Source of the DNA: an uncultured Desulfatitalea sp. | GTDB taxonomy: Bacteria; Desulfobacterota; Desulfobacteria; Desulfobacterales; Desulfosarcinaceae | Direction of reading: 5' to 3' | Length of the DNA stretch: 64,000 nt | NCBI GenBank assembly: GCA_963668675.2 | Contig: CAXXMB010000002.1 | Location: 64,001-128,000 of the forward strand | Part shown: positions 25,744 to 35,365 of the stretch, one piece after another | Position numbering within the stretch: position 1 is the first letter of the stretch | Layout of the letters: each line of letters starts with the position of its first letter | Made by a program: the position numbers and the translations under genes | The notes under the pieces: model-generated | The model's input: the letters and a program-made list of their open reading frames with translations, nothing else | What the model was told of the DNA's origin: nothing | Databases searched by the model: none

Positions 25744-27045
25744 ATGACATTTTGCGAGTATTGCCAACGAAAGCACCGTGTTGGATTCGTATCCACCCGA
25801 TTTGCGGGAACCGACGGTGTATCCCTTGAGGCGGAGAAATGGGCCCGGATCATAGAGTCCTACGGAATAACGGTCTTCTACTTCGCTGGAGAGATCGACC
25901 GGGACCCCGATCGATGCTACCTCTCCGAAGAGGCCCACTTTCAGCACCCCGACATAAAAGAGATTCACAACTCCTGTTTCGGTACCAGTCTGAGGGAACG
26001 CAAGGTCACCCAGAAAATCCAGTCGATCAAAAGTCATCTGAAAGACCATCTCTACCGTTTCATCGAACAGTTCGAACTCGATCTGCTCATCGCGGAGAAC
26101 TGTTTGACAATTCCCTTGAATATTCCGCTGGCCGTTGCATTGACCGAAGTCATTTCAGAAACCGGTATTAAAACGATCGCCCATCATCACGATTTTTACT
26201 GGGAGCGTCAGACATTTTCGGTCAACGCGGTGTGGGAGTACCTCAATATGGCGTTTCCGCCAAACCTGCCCGCCATCAAGCATGTCACCATCAACTCCTC
26301 AGGGGCAAACCAGCTCGCCTTGCGCACCGGCATCTCATCCACGATCATCCCCAATGTGATGGATTTCGAAACGCCCCCTTCGCCGCCGGACGATTACACC
26401 AGCGATGTGCGTCAGGCGTTGGGACTCAAAAATTGGGAACTTTTCATTCTCCAGCCGACCCGCGTAGTGAAACGAAAGGGGATTGAGCACGCCATCGAAT
26501 TCGTCAAGCGACTGGGCGCAAAAGCCAAACTGGTCATATCGCATGCGTCCGGCGACGAAGGCCACGACTATGAGCGTCGGGTGTGGGAGTACTCCCGTAT
26601 GCTCAATGTGGACACGCTCTTTGTCTCCGACATCATCAACGACCAACGTGGAACCACCAAGGATGGCAAAAAAATATACACCCTGGACGACATCTACCCC
26701 CACGCAGACATGGTGACCTACCCATCGAATTTCGAGGGCTTCGGCAACGCCTTCCTCGAAGCCGTCTACTACCATAAACCGATTCTGGTGAACAACTACT
26801 CCATCTATACCACCGATATCCGCCCGAAAGGCTTCTCGGTCATCGAAATAGATGGCTATGTGACCAAACAGGCCGTCCAATTGGCAAAAATGGTGCTCCG
26901 TGATGAAGATCTTCGCAATCGGATGGCCGTCCACAACTACCAACTCGGGACTCAATACTTCTCTTATAAGGTGCTGCGCCAAAAACTGCACGATCTGCTC
27001 GGCGATTGCCTGCCTTGCCTATCGAAAGAAGATAACCTGCCATAG
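25744..27045 (+). CDS. GT4 glycosyltransferase, MggS (mannosylglucosylglycerate synthase)-like
   Basis: GTDGVSLEAEKW, HHHDFYWER, QPTRVVKRKGIEHA and EGFGNAFLEA motifs. Confidence 0.8.
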   Translation: MTFCEYCQRKHRVGFVSTRFAGTDGVSLEAEKWARIIESYGITVFYFAGEIDRDPDRCYLSEEAHFQHPDIKEIHNSCFGTSLRERKVTQKIQSIKSHLKDHLYRFIEQFELDLLIAENCLTIPLNIPLAVALTEVISETGIKTIAHHHDFYWERQTFSVNAVWEYLNMAFPPNLPAIKHVTINSSGANQLALRTGISSTIIPNVMDFETPPSPPDDYTSDVRQALGLKNWELFILQPTRVVKRKGIEHAIEFVKRLGAKAKLVISHASGDEGHDYERRVWEYSRMLNVDTLFVSDIINDQRGTTKDGKKIYTLDDIYPHADMVTYPSNFEGFGNAFLEAVYYHKPILVNNYSIYTTDIRPKGFSVIEIDGYVTKQAVQLAKMVLRDEDLRNRMAVHNYQLGTQYFSYKVLRQKLHDLLGDCLPCLSKEDNLP

Positions 27046-27048
27046 ATA

Positions 27049-27078
27049 TTGACAAAACAAGGTATGACACGATAAAAC
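27049..27078 (+). promoter_or_regulatory. Putative sigma70 promoter
   Basis: TTGACA, 18-nt spacer, TAAAAC upstream of 27152. Confidence 0.35.
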
Positions 27079-27151
27079 CGACGCTATAGCGCGAAACGGC
27101 AGACGAGCAGCGCATGTATGTTGGATTTCCTAAACTGGCAAAGGGGGAAAT

Positions 27152-27796
27152 ATGCAGCCATCATTCCAGGAGTGGTTATGGGAGCAACGCGGCAAACGAT
27201 GCGTCGAGAGGCTGAAAAAAAATGGGTTTGACGCTCACTGGGTACCCGATACGAAGGCCGGCAGGGCCCTTATCCTGGCAATGATCGAACAGTACCAGAC
27301 ATTCGGCTTCGGCGGTTCGGACAGCGTTCGACAGCTTGGCTTGGTCGAACATCTGGTTTCGGAGAAAAAAACGGTGTTCGACCACTGGCAAAAGGACCTT
27401 TCTCCCGAATCGAGCCTCGATATTCGCAAGTCGCAATTGACGTGCGACTGCTTTTTCTGCAGTGCCAATGCCATCTCTCTCACCGGAGAGATCGTAAATG
27501 TCGACGGTGTCGGCAACAGAACAAGCGCCATGGGGTTTGGCCCCTCCAAAGTGATTATCGTCGCCGGCATGAACAAAGTGGCTGACGATCTGGAAGGTGC
27601 CCTCCAGCGTGTCAAACAGGTAGCCGGTCCCATGCGTGCCAAGAGCCTCAACATGCAGACGCCATGTGCCGAAAGCGGTATCTGCAGCGATTGCCACTCT
27701 CCGCAGCGGATCTGCCGGATCACCACCATACTCCATCGCCAACCCATGCTGACACCCACCAGTGTCGTTTTGATCAATGAGGCGTTGGGATACTAA
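27152..27796 (+). CDS. LUD-domain (LutC/YkgG-like) protein
   Basis: GFGGS, SANAI, NVDGVGNR, GMNKV and C-terminal CSDC...RIC motifs. Confidence 0.85.
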   Translation: MQPSFQEWLWEQRGKRCVERLKKNGFDAHWVPDTKAGRALILAMIEQYQTFGFGGSDSVRQLGLVEHLVSEKKTVFDHWQKDLSPESSLDIRKSQLTCDCFFCSANAISLTGEIVNVDGVGNRTSAMGFGPSKVIIVAGMNKVADDLEGALQRVKQVAGPMRAKSLNMQTPCAESGICSDCHSPQRICRITTILHRQPMLTPTSVVLINEALGY

Positions 27797-27810
27797 CACC
27801 GAGGCAACCA

Positions 27811-28800
27811 ATGCGATTTAGAAACACATTTTTTTGGGCAGCCGCCCTCTTGCTCCTCTCCTTGATGGTGATCCCCGTCTGTTTCTCAGAGAACAGCAGG
27901 ACGCCAGAGCCCGCCCTGGCCACTGTCAATGATGTCGCCATCTATCCCAAGGAGTTGTATCAGGAGATGGGGCAGCTCAAGGCCGAAATGGACATGCGCA
28001 ACCGCCCCCTCTATGACAGCCAAATCGAACAGTTGCGCAGCCAGTTGACTGAAAACCTCATCGAACGAGAATTGCTCTACCAGCATGCCCAGCAACGCAA
28101 TATCCGCATCCGCTCCAAATGGGTCAATGGCGCCCTGAAAGAGCTCAAGGAGCAGTTGGGCAGCGCAGCAGCGATGAAAACCTATCTCACCAGCAGTGGC
28201 CTGACAGAGCAGGAGCTCGAAACACGCATTCGCAAAGGCCTGGTCGTAAGGCGCATGCTGCGCCGGGAAGCGTTGCGCGCTATCAAGGTCAGTGAAGCTG
28301 AAATTCAAGCCTTTTACCGCGAGCACCCCGAACTTTTCCAGCAAGGCGAAAAGATAAGGGTCCGACACATTCTTGCCGAGGTAAACGATTGGAAGAAGCC
28401 GGATCAACAAGCGGCTGCCCTGCAGAAGATACAATCCTTTCAACACCGGATTGAACAGGGCACCCGCTTTGCGGTTCTCGCCTTGGAATTCTCCGACTGC
28501 CCGAGCAGAGCACGCGGTGGGGACCTGGGGTACCTTCCCCTCAACGAAATGGTGGAAGCCTTCTCAACAGCAGCCAATGCACTGCAACCTGGAGAGATCA
28601 GCGATATCGTCACCACCCGCTTCGGCTACCATCTGATCCAAATGGTCGATCGCGAACCACCCTCCATCGTGAACTATCGGGAGGCCCGGGGAAAAATCGA
28701 AAGGACACTCCGGCGCAACAAGGAGAACGAGGCGGTCGCCAACTATATCGCTGCACTCAAACGACGGGCCAATATCGTTCGCCACGGTTCAAATCCCTGA
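27811..28800 (+). CDS. PpiC-type peptidyl-prolyl isomerase (SurA/PrsA-like), exported
   Basis: Signal peptide; VRHIL, SDCPS..RGGDLG and TRFGYHLI motifs. Confidence 0.9.
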   Translation: MRFRNTFFWAAALLLLSLMVIPVCFSENSRTPEPALATVNDVAIYPKELYQEMGQLKAEMDMRNRPLYDSQIEQLRSQLTENLIERELLYQHAQQRNIRIRSKWVNGALKELKEQLGSAAAMKTYLTSSGLTEQELETRIRKGLVVRRMLRREALRAIKVSEAEIQAFYREHPELFQQGEKIRVRHILAEVNDWKKPDQQAAALQKIQSFQHRIEQGTRFAVLALEFSDCPSRARGGDLGYLPLNEMVEAFSTAANALQPGEISDIVTTRFGYHLIQMVDREPPSIVNYREARGKIERTLRRNKENEAVANYIAALKRRANIVRHGSNP

Positions 28801-28823
28801 TGTGATAGGCCAAATGTTTTTTC

Positions 28824-28853
28824 TTGACCAATGAGATGGCCATCGCTTATCCT
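28824..28853 (+). promoter_or_regulatory. Putative sigma70 promoter of the cold-shock gene (about 120-nt leader)
   Basis: TTGACC-N18-TATCCT. Confidence 0.4.
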
Positions 28854-28980
28854 GAAATTGAATGATACTCAGTCAATGACTCCGAATTGACTTATAGCGG
28901 GAGCCTACAATGATTTGAGTATCGTTTGCGGAGGTGGCTTCTTTTGTAGCAGGAACGTTATGACACAGGAGGGAATGGCT

Positions 28981-29181
28981 TTGGCGAACGGTACGGTAAA
29001 GTGGTTTAATAACAAGAAGGGGTATGGCTTCATAAACGAAGAGGGTGGACGCGACATTTTCGTACATTTCTCATCCATAGAGATGGATGGCTATAAAACC
29101 CTGAATGAGGGGGAGCAGGTCATCTTCGAAATCGAAGAGAGCACGCGCGGTCCGGAAGCCAAGAACGTCAAAAGAGCTTAA
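28981..29181 (+). CDS. Cold-shock protein (CspA family)
   Basis: GTVKWFN, KGYGFI and DIFVHFS motifs; TTG start 7 nt after AGGAGGG (ATG 28975 is an alternative). Confidence 0.95.
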   Translation: MANGTVKWFNNKKGYGFINEEGGRDIFVHFSSIEMDGYKTLNEGEQVIFEIEESTRGPEAKNVKRA

Positions 29182-29190
29182 CGCTTCAAA

Positions 29191-29238
29191 CCCGAAAAAG
29201 GCGCCATGGACTGCATATACCGTGGCGCCTTTTTTGGG
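29191..29238. terminator. Intrinsic terminator, probably bidirectional
   Basis: AAAAAGGCGCCA...TGGCGCCTTTTTT between converging genes. Confidence 0.8.
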
Positions 29239-29360
29239 CATGGGACAGGTACGGCACTTTTTGTGCTGTGTCTGGGCACATGGCCCTCTTATCATCGTAA
29301 CGCAAGTTTCACCACAGAGGCTAATCTTACAGGGCCTTCTCTGTAATTTCCCCTTAAAGT

Positions 29361-30797
29361 TTACTCCTTCTCAGCAGTCGTTTTCTGCTGGTTGGCAGTT
29401 TTGGTCTGCGCCATCTCTTCACGGCTGATCCATCCCCCCCCCAATGCTTTGTAGAGGGTGACATACGAACGAAAGTAGCGCTGCTTGAGATCGGACAGCT
29501 CAAGTTGAACTGAAAAGAGCGTGCGATCCGCCTCCAGCACCTCCAAGTAGCTGGTGACGCCCTTGTCATATCTCTCAGCAGAAAGATCGTTGGCATTCTG
29601 GGCGGCGACAAGCTTGTTTGTCACGGCTTCCATCTCACGTCGGTAGGTCTCAACCTCCACCAGTGCATCCTCGACCTCTCTAAAGGCGTTGAGCACCGTG
29701 TCCTCATATTCAAAGAGCACCTGTCGCGTGCGTTCCTCTTCTAATACGACGCGTTGTTTGCCCTTGTTAAAATCGAACAGCGGCCCCAAAAGACCGGCAC
29801 CGGCCGACCATACACCTCCTTCCGACGTGATCGAGGAGATCTCGCTGCTTGCCAGTCCCAACAACCCCGTGAGGCTGATCGCAGGCAAGCGCATGGCGGT
29901 GGCCACGCCGATGCGCGCATTTTGCGCGTTGAGCAGGTATAGCGACTGGACGATATCGGGACGACGCTCCAGTATCTGGGCAGGCAGACCGGCAGGGATC
30001 TCTGGTGGCGTGTGTTGATGGTCCAGTCCCCTGCCCCGGGCAATTTGTCCCGGCAGCCGCCCCAAAAGCAGGCTCAAAGCGTGCTCGGTAGTAGAGATCA
30101 AGCGCTCATAGAGCGGTATTGCACCGGCGGCAATCTCCTTTTGAATCTGGGCCTGGTTCAGGTCAATCTCGGGGATGATGCCCCTGTCGAACCGCTGCTG
30201 GATGATCTCCAGGCTTTTTAATCTCGAATCGAGGGTCTCCCTGGCAATAGCAAGACGCTGATGGTAATCCAACAGAAGAAAATAGGTACCCACCACTTCT
30301 GAAATAAGGTCCAGCTGAAGGCTGCGCACCCCATACTCGGATGCCATCAGTTCGGCACGAGCCGCTTCGCTGGATCTGCGATACTTGCCCCAGAAATCGA
30401 TCTCCCAACGAAGCACTGGGGCAACATAGAGTGAATGGTTGGTCGTCTCCGAACGGGATCCACCAGAAAAAGTGCCGATGGAGGCGCCGGCCTCGATGTC
30501 GAGTCGCGGGTACTGGTCCGCCCGGGTGATCCCAAGTGCGGCACGTGCCTGCTCCATGCGACTGACGGCGATTTTCAGATTGTTGTTGTTCTCCAACGCC
30601 ATTGTGACGAGGGTATAGAGGACAGGATCATCAAACAACTCCCACCACTTCAAATCCATTGAGGCCGCTTCGCTGGTCTCTGCGAACCGGTACTCGGCCG
30701 GAATCTCCACCTCGGGTGGTTTAAAGTCCGGTCCCAGCGCACAACCGGTTGGAATCAACATCATCAATAATGCAAAAATGCGAACACTCTTTATCAT
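29361..30797 (-). CDS. RND efflux outer-membrane lipoprotein (NodT/OprM family)
   Basis: PTGCALGPDF lipobox, WEIDFWGK, RRPDI and LYKALGGGW motifs. Confidence 0.92.
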   Translation of the reverse strand: MIKSVRIFALLMMLIPTGCALGPDFKPPEVEIPAEYRFAETSEAASMDLKWWELFDDPVLYTLVTMALENNNNLKIAVSRMEQARAALGITRADQYPRLDIEAGASIGTFSGGSRSETTNHSLYVAPVLRWEIDFWGKYRRSSEAARAELMASEYGVRSLQLDLISEVVGTYFLLLDYHQRLAIARETLDSRLKSLEIIQQRFDRGIIPEIDLNQAQIQKEIAAGAIPLYERLISTTEHALSLLLGRLPGQIARGRGLDHQHTPPEIPAGLPAQILERRPDIVQSLYLLNAQNARIGVATAMRLPAISLTGLLGLASSEISSITSEGGVWSAGAGLLGPLFDFNKGKQRVVLEEERTRQVLFEYEDTVLNAFREVEDALVEVETYRREMEAVTNKLVAAQNANDLSAERYDKGVTSYLEVLEADRTLFSVQLELSDLKQRYFRSYVTLYKALGGGWISREEMAQTKTANQQKTTAEKE

Positions 30798-30863
30798 ATG
30801 GAAAGCACTCATTTTCTGTTGGTTATGGTGGATGCCTTCATTCCGTTCCGATTCACAGAACAA

Positions 30864-33800
30864 TCACCCCTGTCGCTGTTGCAACTCACGCTTTTTTTCA
30901 TAGCCTGCCAACTTGCCGACCAGTACAAAAAGCATGGGATATAAAAAAACGCCGAGAAGGGTGGCCATTGCCATGCCCCCCAATAGCGCCATCCCCATCA
31001 CTTTGCGTGCCTCGGCCCCCGCCCCCGATGCGACGACGAGGGGAAGCACCCCCAGAATAAAAGAGAAAGCGGTCATCAGAATGGGTCTGAAGCGCAACTT
31101 GGCGGATTCAACGGCGGCGTCGAAGAGCGACATCCCCTCATTGAATTTGATATTGGCAAATTCGACGATAAGAATAGCATTTTTGGCCGCCATTCCGATA
31201 AGCATAACCAATGCAATTTGAGCGAAGACGTTGTTCTCATAGGCCAAATCAAACTGGCGGGCGAGCAGCACCGTAACCAAAGCACCGCAGATCGCAAAAG
31301 GCGTTCCCAGCAGAATGGAGAACGGAAGAGACCAGCTCTCGTACTGGGCGGCCAGAATCAGGAAGACGAACAGCAGAGAAAAGACAAAAACGATGGCACC
31401 GGTGCCTGCAGCCTCTTTCTCCTGAAATGACATATTGCTCCAGGCATATCCCATTTCCGAAGACAACACTTCTGCCGCGACATCTTCCAGCGCGGTCATC
31501 GCCTGGTCTGATGTGTATCCCTGTGCCGGGGTACCGCTCAACTCGGTGGAACGAAACAGATTGAAACGGGTGGTGTAATCGGGACCGGCCACCTCTTTGA
31601 CTTCTACAAAGGAAGCCAGAGGGACGCCTTGGCCTTTTCTGTTTTTGATAAAAAAAAGGTTGATCTGGTCGGCCTTCTGGCGATACTCCGGTTCGGCTTG
31701 GATATAGGCTTTGTAGAGACGGCCGAATCGGTTGAAATCGTTGACGTATGCCCCACCCAAAAACGCCCCTACGGTCGTATAGATATCGTCCAGCGCAATG
31801 CCGGCTTTCAATGTCTTGTCCCGATTGATCTCGAGATATTTCTGGGGAACGGTAGCACGATAGGTGGTGAAGATCGATCCGATCTCCGGCCGTTGACTGG
31901 CGGCCTGAATAAAACGGCCGGTCTGTTCACTGAGAAACGCCGGGGTACTGCCGCTGCGATCCTGAAGCATCATCGTAAATCCGGAACCGTTGCCCAGCCC
32001 CGGAATGGCGGGGGGGCCAAAGGCAAACACCTGGGCCTCTTTGATCGCCACGTAGAAAGCCCGGTTGAGATCTGCCACCACCTCCAGAGCCGTCTTCTCC
32101 CTTTGGCTCCAGTCAACAAGACTCACGAAAATAAAGCCGCTGTTGGAAGCCATGCTGTTGGAGAGCAGGCTGAATCCGGTTGCTGTGGTGACATAGTCCA
32201 CTTCGGGACGCTGCCGGATAATCTGCTCCACCCTCCTGGCGATCATGTCCGTCCTCTGTAGGGAGGCCGCATCCGGCAACTGCATATTAACCATGAAGTA
32301 ACCCATATCCTCTTCGGGCAGGAACCCCCCCGGAAGAAATTTACCCACGGCGCCTGTGGCAACCACAACAATCGCGATAAAAAGTACCCCCCGCACCATT
32401 TTGCGGGTGAAAATTTGGGTCCATTTCATATAAACATTCGTCGACCGATCGAACACCTTGTTAAAGAGGCCGAAGAAAAGCCCCAGGGGACCCCGGTATG
32501 GTTTGGGCTTCTTGAGTAGCAGTGAACATAGCGCAGGGCTCAGGGTCAATGCGTTCATTGAAGAGAACAATACCGAGACGGCGATAGTGATGGCGAACTG
32601 CTGGTAAAGCCGGCCGGTGATCCCCCCCATGACCGCTACAGGGATAAAAACGGCGACGAGGACCAACGTGGTTGCGATAACAGGAGCCGTCACCTCCTGC
32701 ATGGCCTGGATGGTGGCCTCCTTGGTCCCCATGCCCTTTTCAATGTTCACCTGAGCGGCCTCGACAACGACGATGGCATCGTCGACCACGATACCGATAG
32801 CCAGCACCAATCCAAGCAGAGAAAGCACGTTGACCGTAAATCCGAGCATCGGAAAAGCGATAAACGCCCCCATGAGAGAGACCGGAATGGCGATGGTGGG
32901 GATCAGGGTGGCCCGCCAATCCTGAATGAAGACAAACACGACCAAAACAACAAGGGCAAGGGCGACAAACAGGGTCACCACGATCTCCTTGATGCCCGCT
33001 GAAATCGGCAGGGTCGCATCCAGGGAGATGTCGTATTTCATCCCAGTGGGAAAAGATGTGGCCAGCCCTGCCATGCTCTGCTTGACGCGCTCTGCCAGCT
33101 CCACGGCATTGGAGCCCGGCGCCTGGTATATGGCAATAATCGAACAGGGACTGTCGTTCAACCGGGTAAACGCATTGTATGTCTCCACGCCCAACTCTAC
33201 GCGGGCGATATGCTTCACCTTGACCTGTGCCCCTTCCGGGCTGGTGCGCACCACGATCTCACCAAACTCCTTTTCCGACTGAAGCCGATCGGGCAGACGA
33301 ACCGTATAGGTGAAATCCGTGCCGGGCGGAGCCGGTTCGGCACCAAATTTCCCCCCCGGGACGATCACATTCTGGGCCCGGATGGCCGTCATAATCTCGG
33401 GGATGGTAATGCCGAGTTGCGCCAGGCGATCCGGCTTGATCCAGATACGCATGGAGTAGTCGCTGGCGCCCAGAACGTTCACATCACCGATCCCTTTGAT
33501 GCGGGAGAGAACATCTTTGATATTGATGAGAGCGTAATTGCCCAGAAAGTTCTGGTCGTAGCGATTGCCCTCCGAGGTCAATGTTACCAGCATCAGAATA
33601 TTGGGCAGCGTTTTTTTCGTCGTGACCCCCAGCCGCTTGACCTCCTCGGGCAGTTTGGCGGTGGCCGCGCTGACCCTGTTCTGGGTGAACACCGTGTTCA
33701 TATCCGGATCGGTGCCGATATCGAACGAGACCTGAATGTTCATGGTGCCGTCGTTGGCATTGGTGGACTTCATGTAGATCATGTTGTCCACGCCATTGAT

Positions 33801-34004
33801 CTGCTGTTCGAGCGGTGTCGCCACCGACTGCTCGACATTCAGTGCATTGGCACCGGTGTATCTTGCGCTCACCTGGACAATGGAAGGTGTGATGTTGGGA
33901 TACTGCTCAATGGGCAAGCCGAGCAGGAAAACCGTACCGACAATGACGGTGACGATGGCGATAACGATGGCCACAATGGGCCGTCTGACAAAAAAGGATC
34001 CCAT
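30864..34004 (-). CDS. RND permease (HAE1/AcrB family)
   Basis: 1046 aa; FFVRRPI, GIVVDDAIVVVE, AKNAILIVEF and RFRPILMT motifs. Confidence 0.96.
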   Translation of the reverse strand: MGSFFVRRPIVAIVIAIVTVIVGTVFLLGLPIEQYPNITPSIVQVSARYTGANALNVEQSVATPLEQQINGVDNMIYMKSTNANDGTMNIQVSFDIGTDPDMNTVFTQNRVSAATAKLPEEVKRLGVTTKKTLPNILMLVTLTSEGNRYDQNFLGNYALINIKDVLSRIKGIGDVNVLGASDYSMRIWIKPDRLAQLGITIPEIMTAIRAQNVIVPGGKFGAEPAPPGTDFTYTVRLPDRLQSEKEFGEIVVRTSPEGAQVKVKHIARVELGVETYNAFTRLNDSPCSIIAIYQAPGSNAVELAERVKQSMAGLATSFPTGMKYDISLDATLPISAGIKEIVVTLFVALALVVLVVFVFIQDWRATLIPTIAIPVSLMGAFIAFPMLGFTVNVLSLLGLVLAIGIVVDDAIVVVEAAQVNIEKGMGTKEATIQAMQEVTAPVIATTLVLVAVFIPVAVMGGITGRLYQQFAITIAVSVLFSSMNALTLSPALCSLLLKKPKPYRGPLGLFFGLFNKVFDRSTNVYMKWTQIFTRKMVRGVLFIAIVVVATGAVGKFLPGGFLPEEDMGYFMVNMQLPDAASLQRTDMIARRVEQIIRQRPEVDYVTTATGFSLLSNSMASNSGFIFVSLVDWSQREKTALEVVADLNRAFYVAIKEAQVFAFGPPAIPGLGNGSGFTMMLQDRSGSTPAFLSEQTGRFIQAASQRPEIGSIFTTYRATVPQKYLEINRDKTLKAGIALDDIYTTVGAFLGGAYVNDFNRFGRLYKAYIQAEPEYRQKADQINLFFIKNRKGQGVPLASFVEVKEVAGPDYTTRFNLFRSTELSGTPAQGYTSDQAMTALEDVAAEVLSSEMGYAWSNMSFQEKEAAGTGAIVFVFSLLFVFLILAAQYESWSLPFSILLGTPFAICGALVTVLLARQFDLAYENNVFAQIALVMLIGMAAKNAILIVEFANIKFNEGMSLFDAAVESAKLRFRPILMTAFSFILGVLPLVVASGAGAEARKVMGMALLGGMAMATLLGVFLYPMLFVLVGKLAGYEKKRELQQRQG

Positions 34005-34010
34005 GGCGGC

Positions 34011-35177
34011 CTATTTCTCTTTGCTGGAAGCTGGTGTGATGCTCTGCACGACCGGTTTGACGACCATGCCGTCGCGCACCTTCTGCAGTCCTTCATAGAC
34101 CAAGCGTTCCCCGGGCTTGAGCCCCTCTCGAATCAGCCAATGGCTTCCCATCGTTGGCCCGACCGTCACCTCGCGCTCCTCGATCTTATCCCCGCCACCG
34201 ACGACGTACACGCGGTAAAGCCCCTGCAGTTCCATGATACAGCGTTGGGGGACTAAAATTCCGTCCTTGACTGTTTCAAGAATGGTTCTGATCTTGGCAA
34301 ACTGACCGGGTCGAAGCAATTTTTTCGGATTGGGAAAGGACGCCTGGACCAGTATGGCACCGGTCGTAGGATCGATTTCACGATCGACGAATTTAAATTT
34401 TCCCGGCTCTGGAAAAGCAGATCCATCGGCGAGAATAAGATCAAGTGGCGGTGCCGTTTGTTTTTGATTCTCATTTGCCTCCTGACTCTCCATTGAGATG
34501 GCATATCTCCGGGCAAGTTCTAAATACTGGTTCTCGGTCAGGAAAAACTCGACATGGATCGGATCGGTATTCGAGACCACATTCAAGATGACCGGATTGG
34601 GATCGCGGCCAACGAAGTCTCCCACCTTGGCCTTGGTCTTGCCGATGATGCCGTTGATGGGAGAATGAATCCTGGTATAGCTCAACTTGATTTTCGATGC
34701 CCTCAACCGCGCCTGCGCAGCCTCCACTGACGCCTTGGACGCTTCATACTGAGCCACAGCAGCGTCCAGCTCGCTCTGACTGACCGCCCTTCGCCTGGCC
34801 AGAGGGCGTATTCGATTCAGATCGCTCGTCGTTTTGGCCAGCATGGTTTTGGCTTCGGCCACCTTGCTCATCATGGCCGCCACATCGGCTTCATAGGGCT
34901 GGCTCTCAATGACATAGAGCAGATCCCCCTCCTTGACCGACGATCCCTCCTCGAAGTGGATCGCTTCAAGGAATCCTTCCACCCGTGCACGAATGGCAAT
35001 GTCTTTGGAACCGTACACTTGCCCCACAAACTCGATGGGCAGGCGCACCTCCTCGGCCTGGGTTGCAAAAACGGGGATCTCCGGCGGAGGCATCTCCTTG
35101 ACGGCCTCTTGTTTTTGCTGACAGCCAAACATCACCAGGAGTGAAAAAACGACAACACACAACTTGAATGGTTTCAT
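34011..35177 (-). CDS. RND periplasmic adaptor (membrane fusion protein)
   Basis: MFGC lipobox, IRARVEGFL, SPINGII and LRPGQF motifs; start adjusted to ATG 35177. Confidence 0.92.
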   Translation of the reverse strand: MKPFKLCVVVFSLLVMFGCQQKQEAVKEMPPPEIPVFATQAEEVRLPIEFVGQVYGSKDIAIRARVEGFLEAIHFEEGSSVKEGDLLYVIESQPYEADVAAMMSKVAEAKTMLAKTTSDLNRIRPLARRRAVSQSELDAAVAQYEASKASVEAAQARLRASKIKLSYTRIHSPINGIIGKTKAKVGDFVGRDPNPVILNVVSNTDPIHVEFFLTENQYLELARRYAISMESQEANENQKQTAPPLDLILADGSAFPEPGKFKFVDREIDPTTGAILVQASFPNPKKLLRPGQFAKIRTILETVKDGILVPQRCIMELQGLYRVYVVGGGDKIEEREVTVGPTMGSHWLIREGLKPGERLVYEGLQKVRDGMVVKPVVQSITPASSKEK

Positions 35178-35365
35178 ATCAGAATTCTTGCTATTGGGGG
35201 TTGATTGCCGCAACGAAAAACAGCACTTCTGAATATTTCCGTGGAAGTGCTCTCTATCCTGATTCGGTTCCTGGAACAATAGTGTACGCTGAGCGAATGG
35301 ATCCAAACATGGGGCTGGTATGGATTTAGACGAAAGAATATCTCATACGGCCACGGTTGGCAAGG

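Noticed and set aside
28887..28911. TTGACT...TACAAT promoter before csp
   Set aside because: The spacer is only 13 nt.
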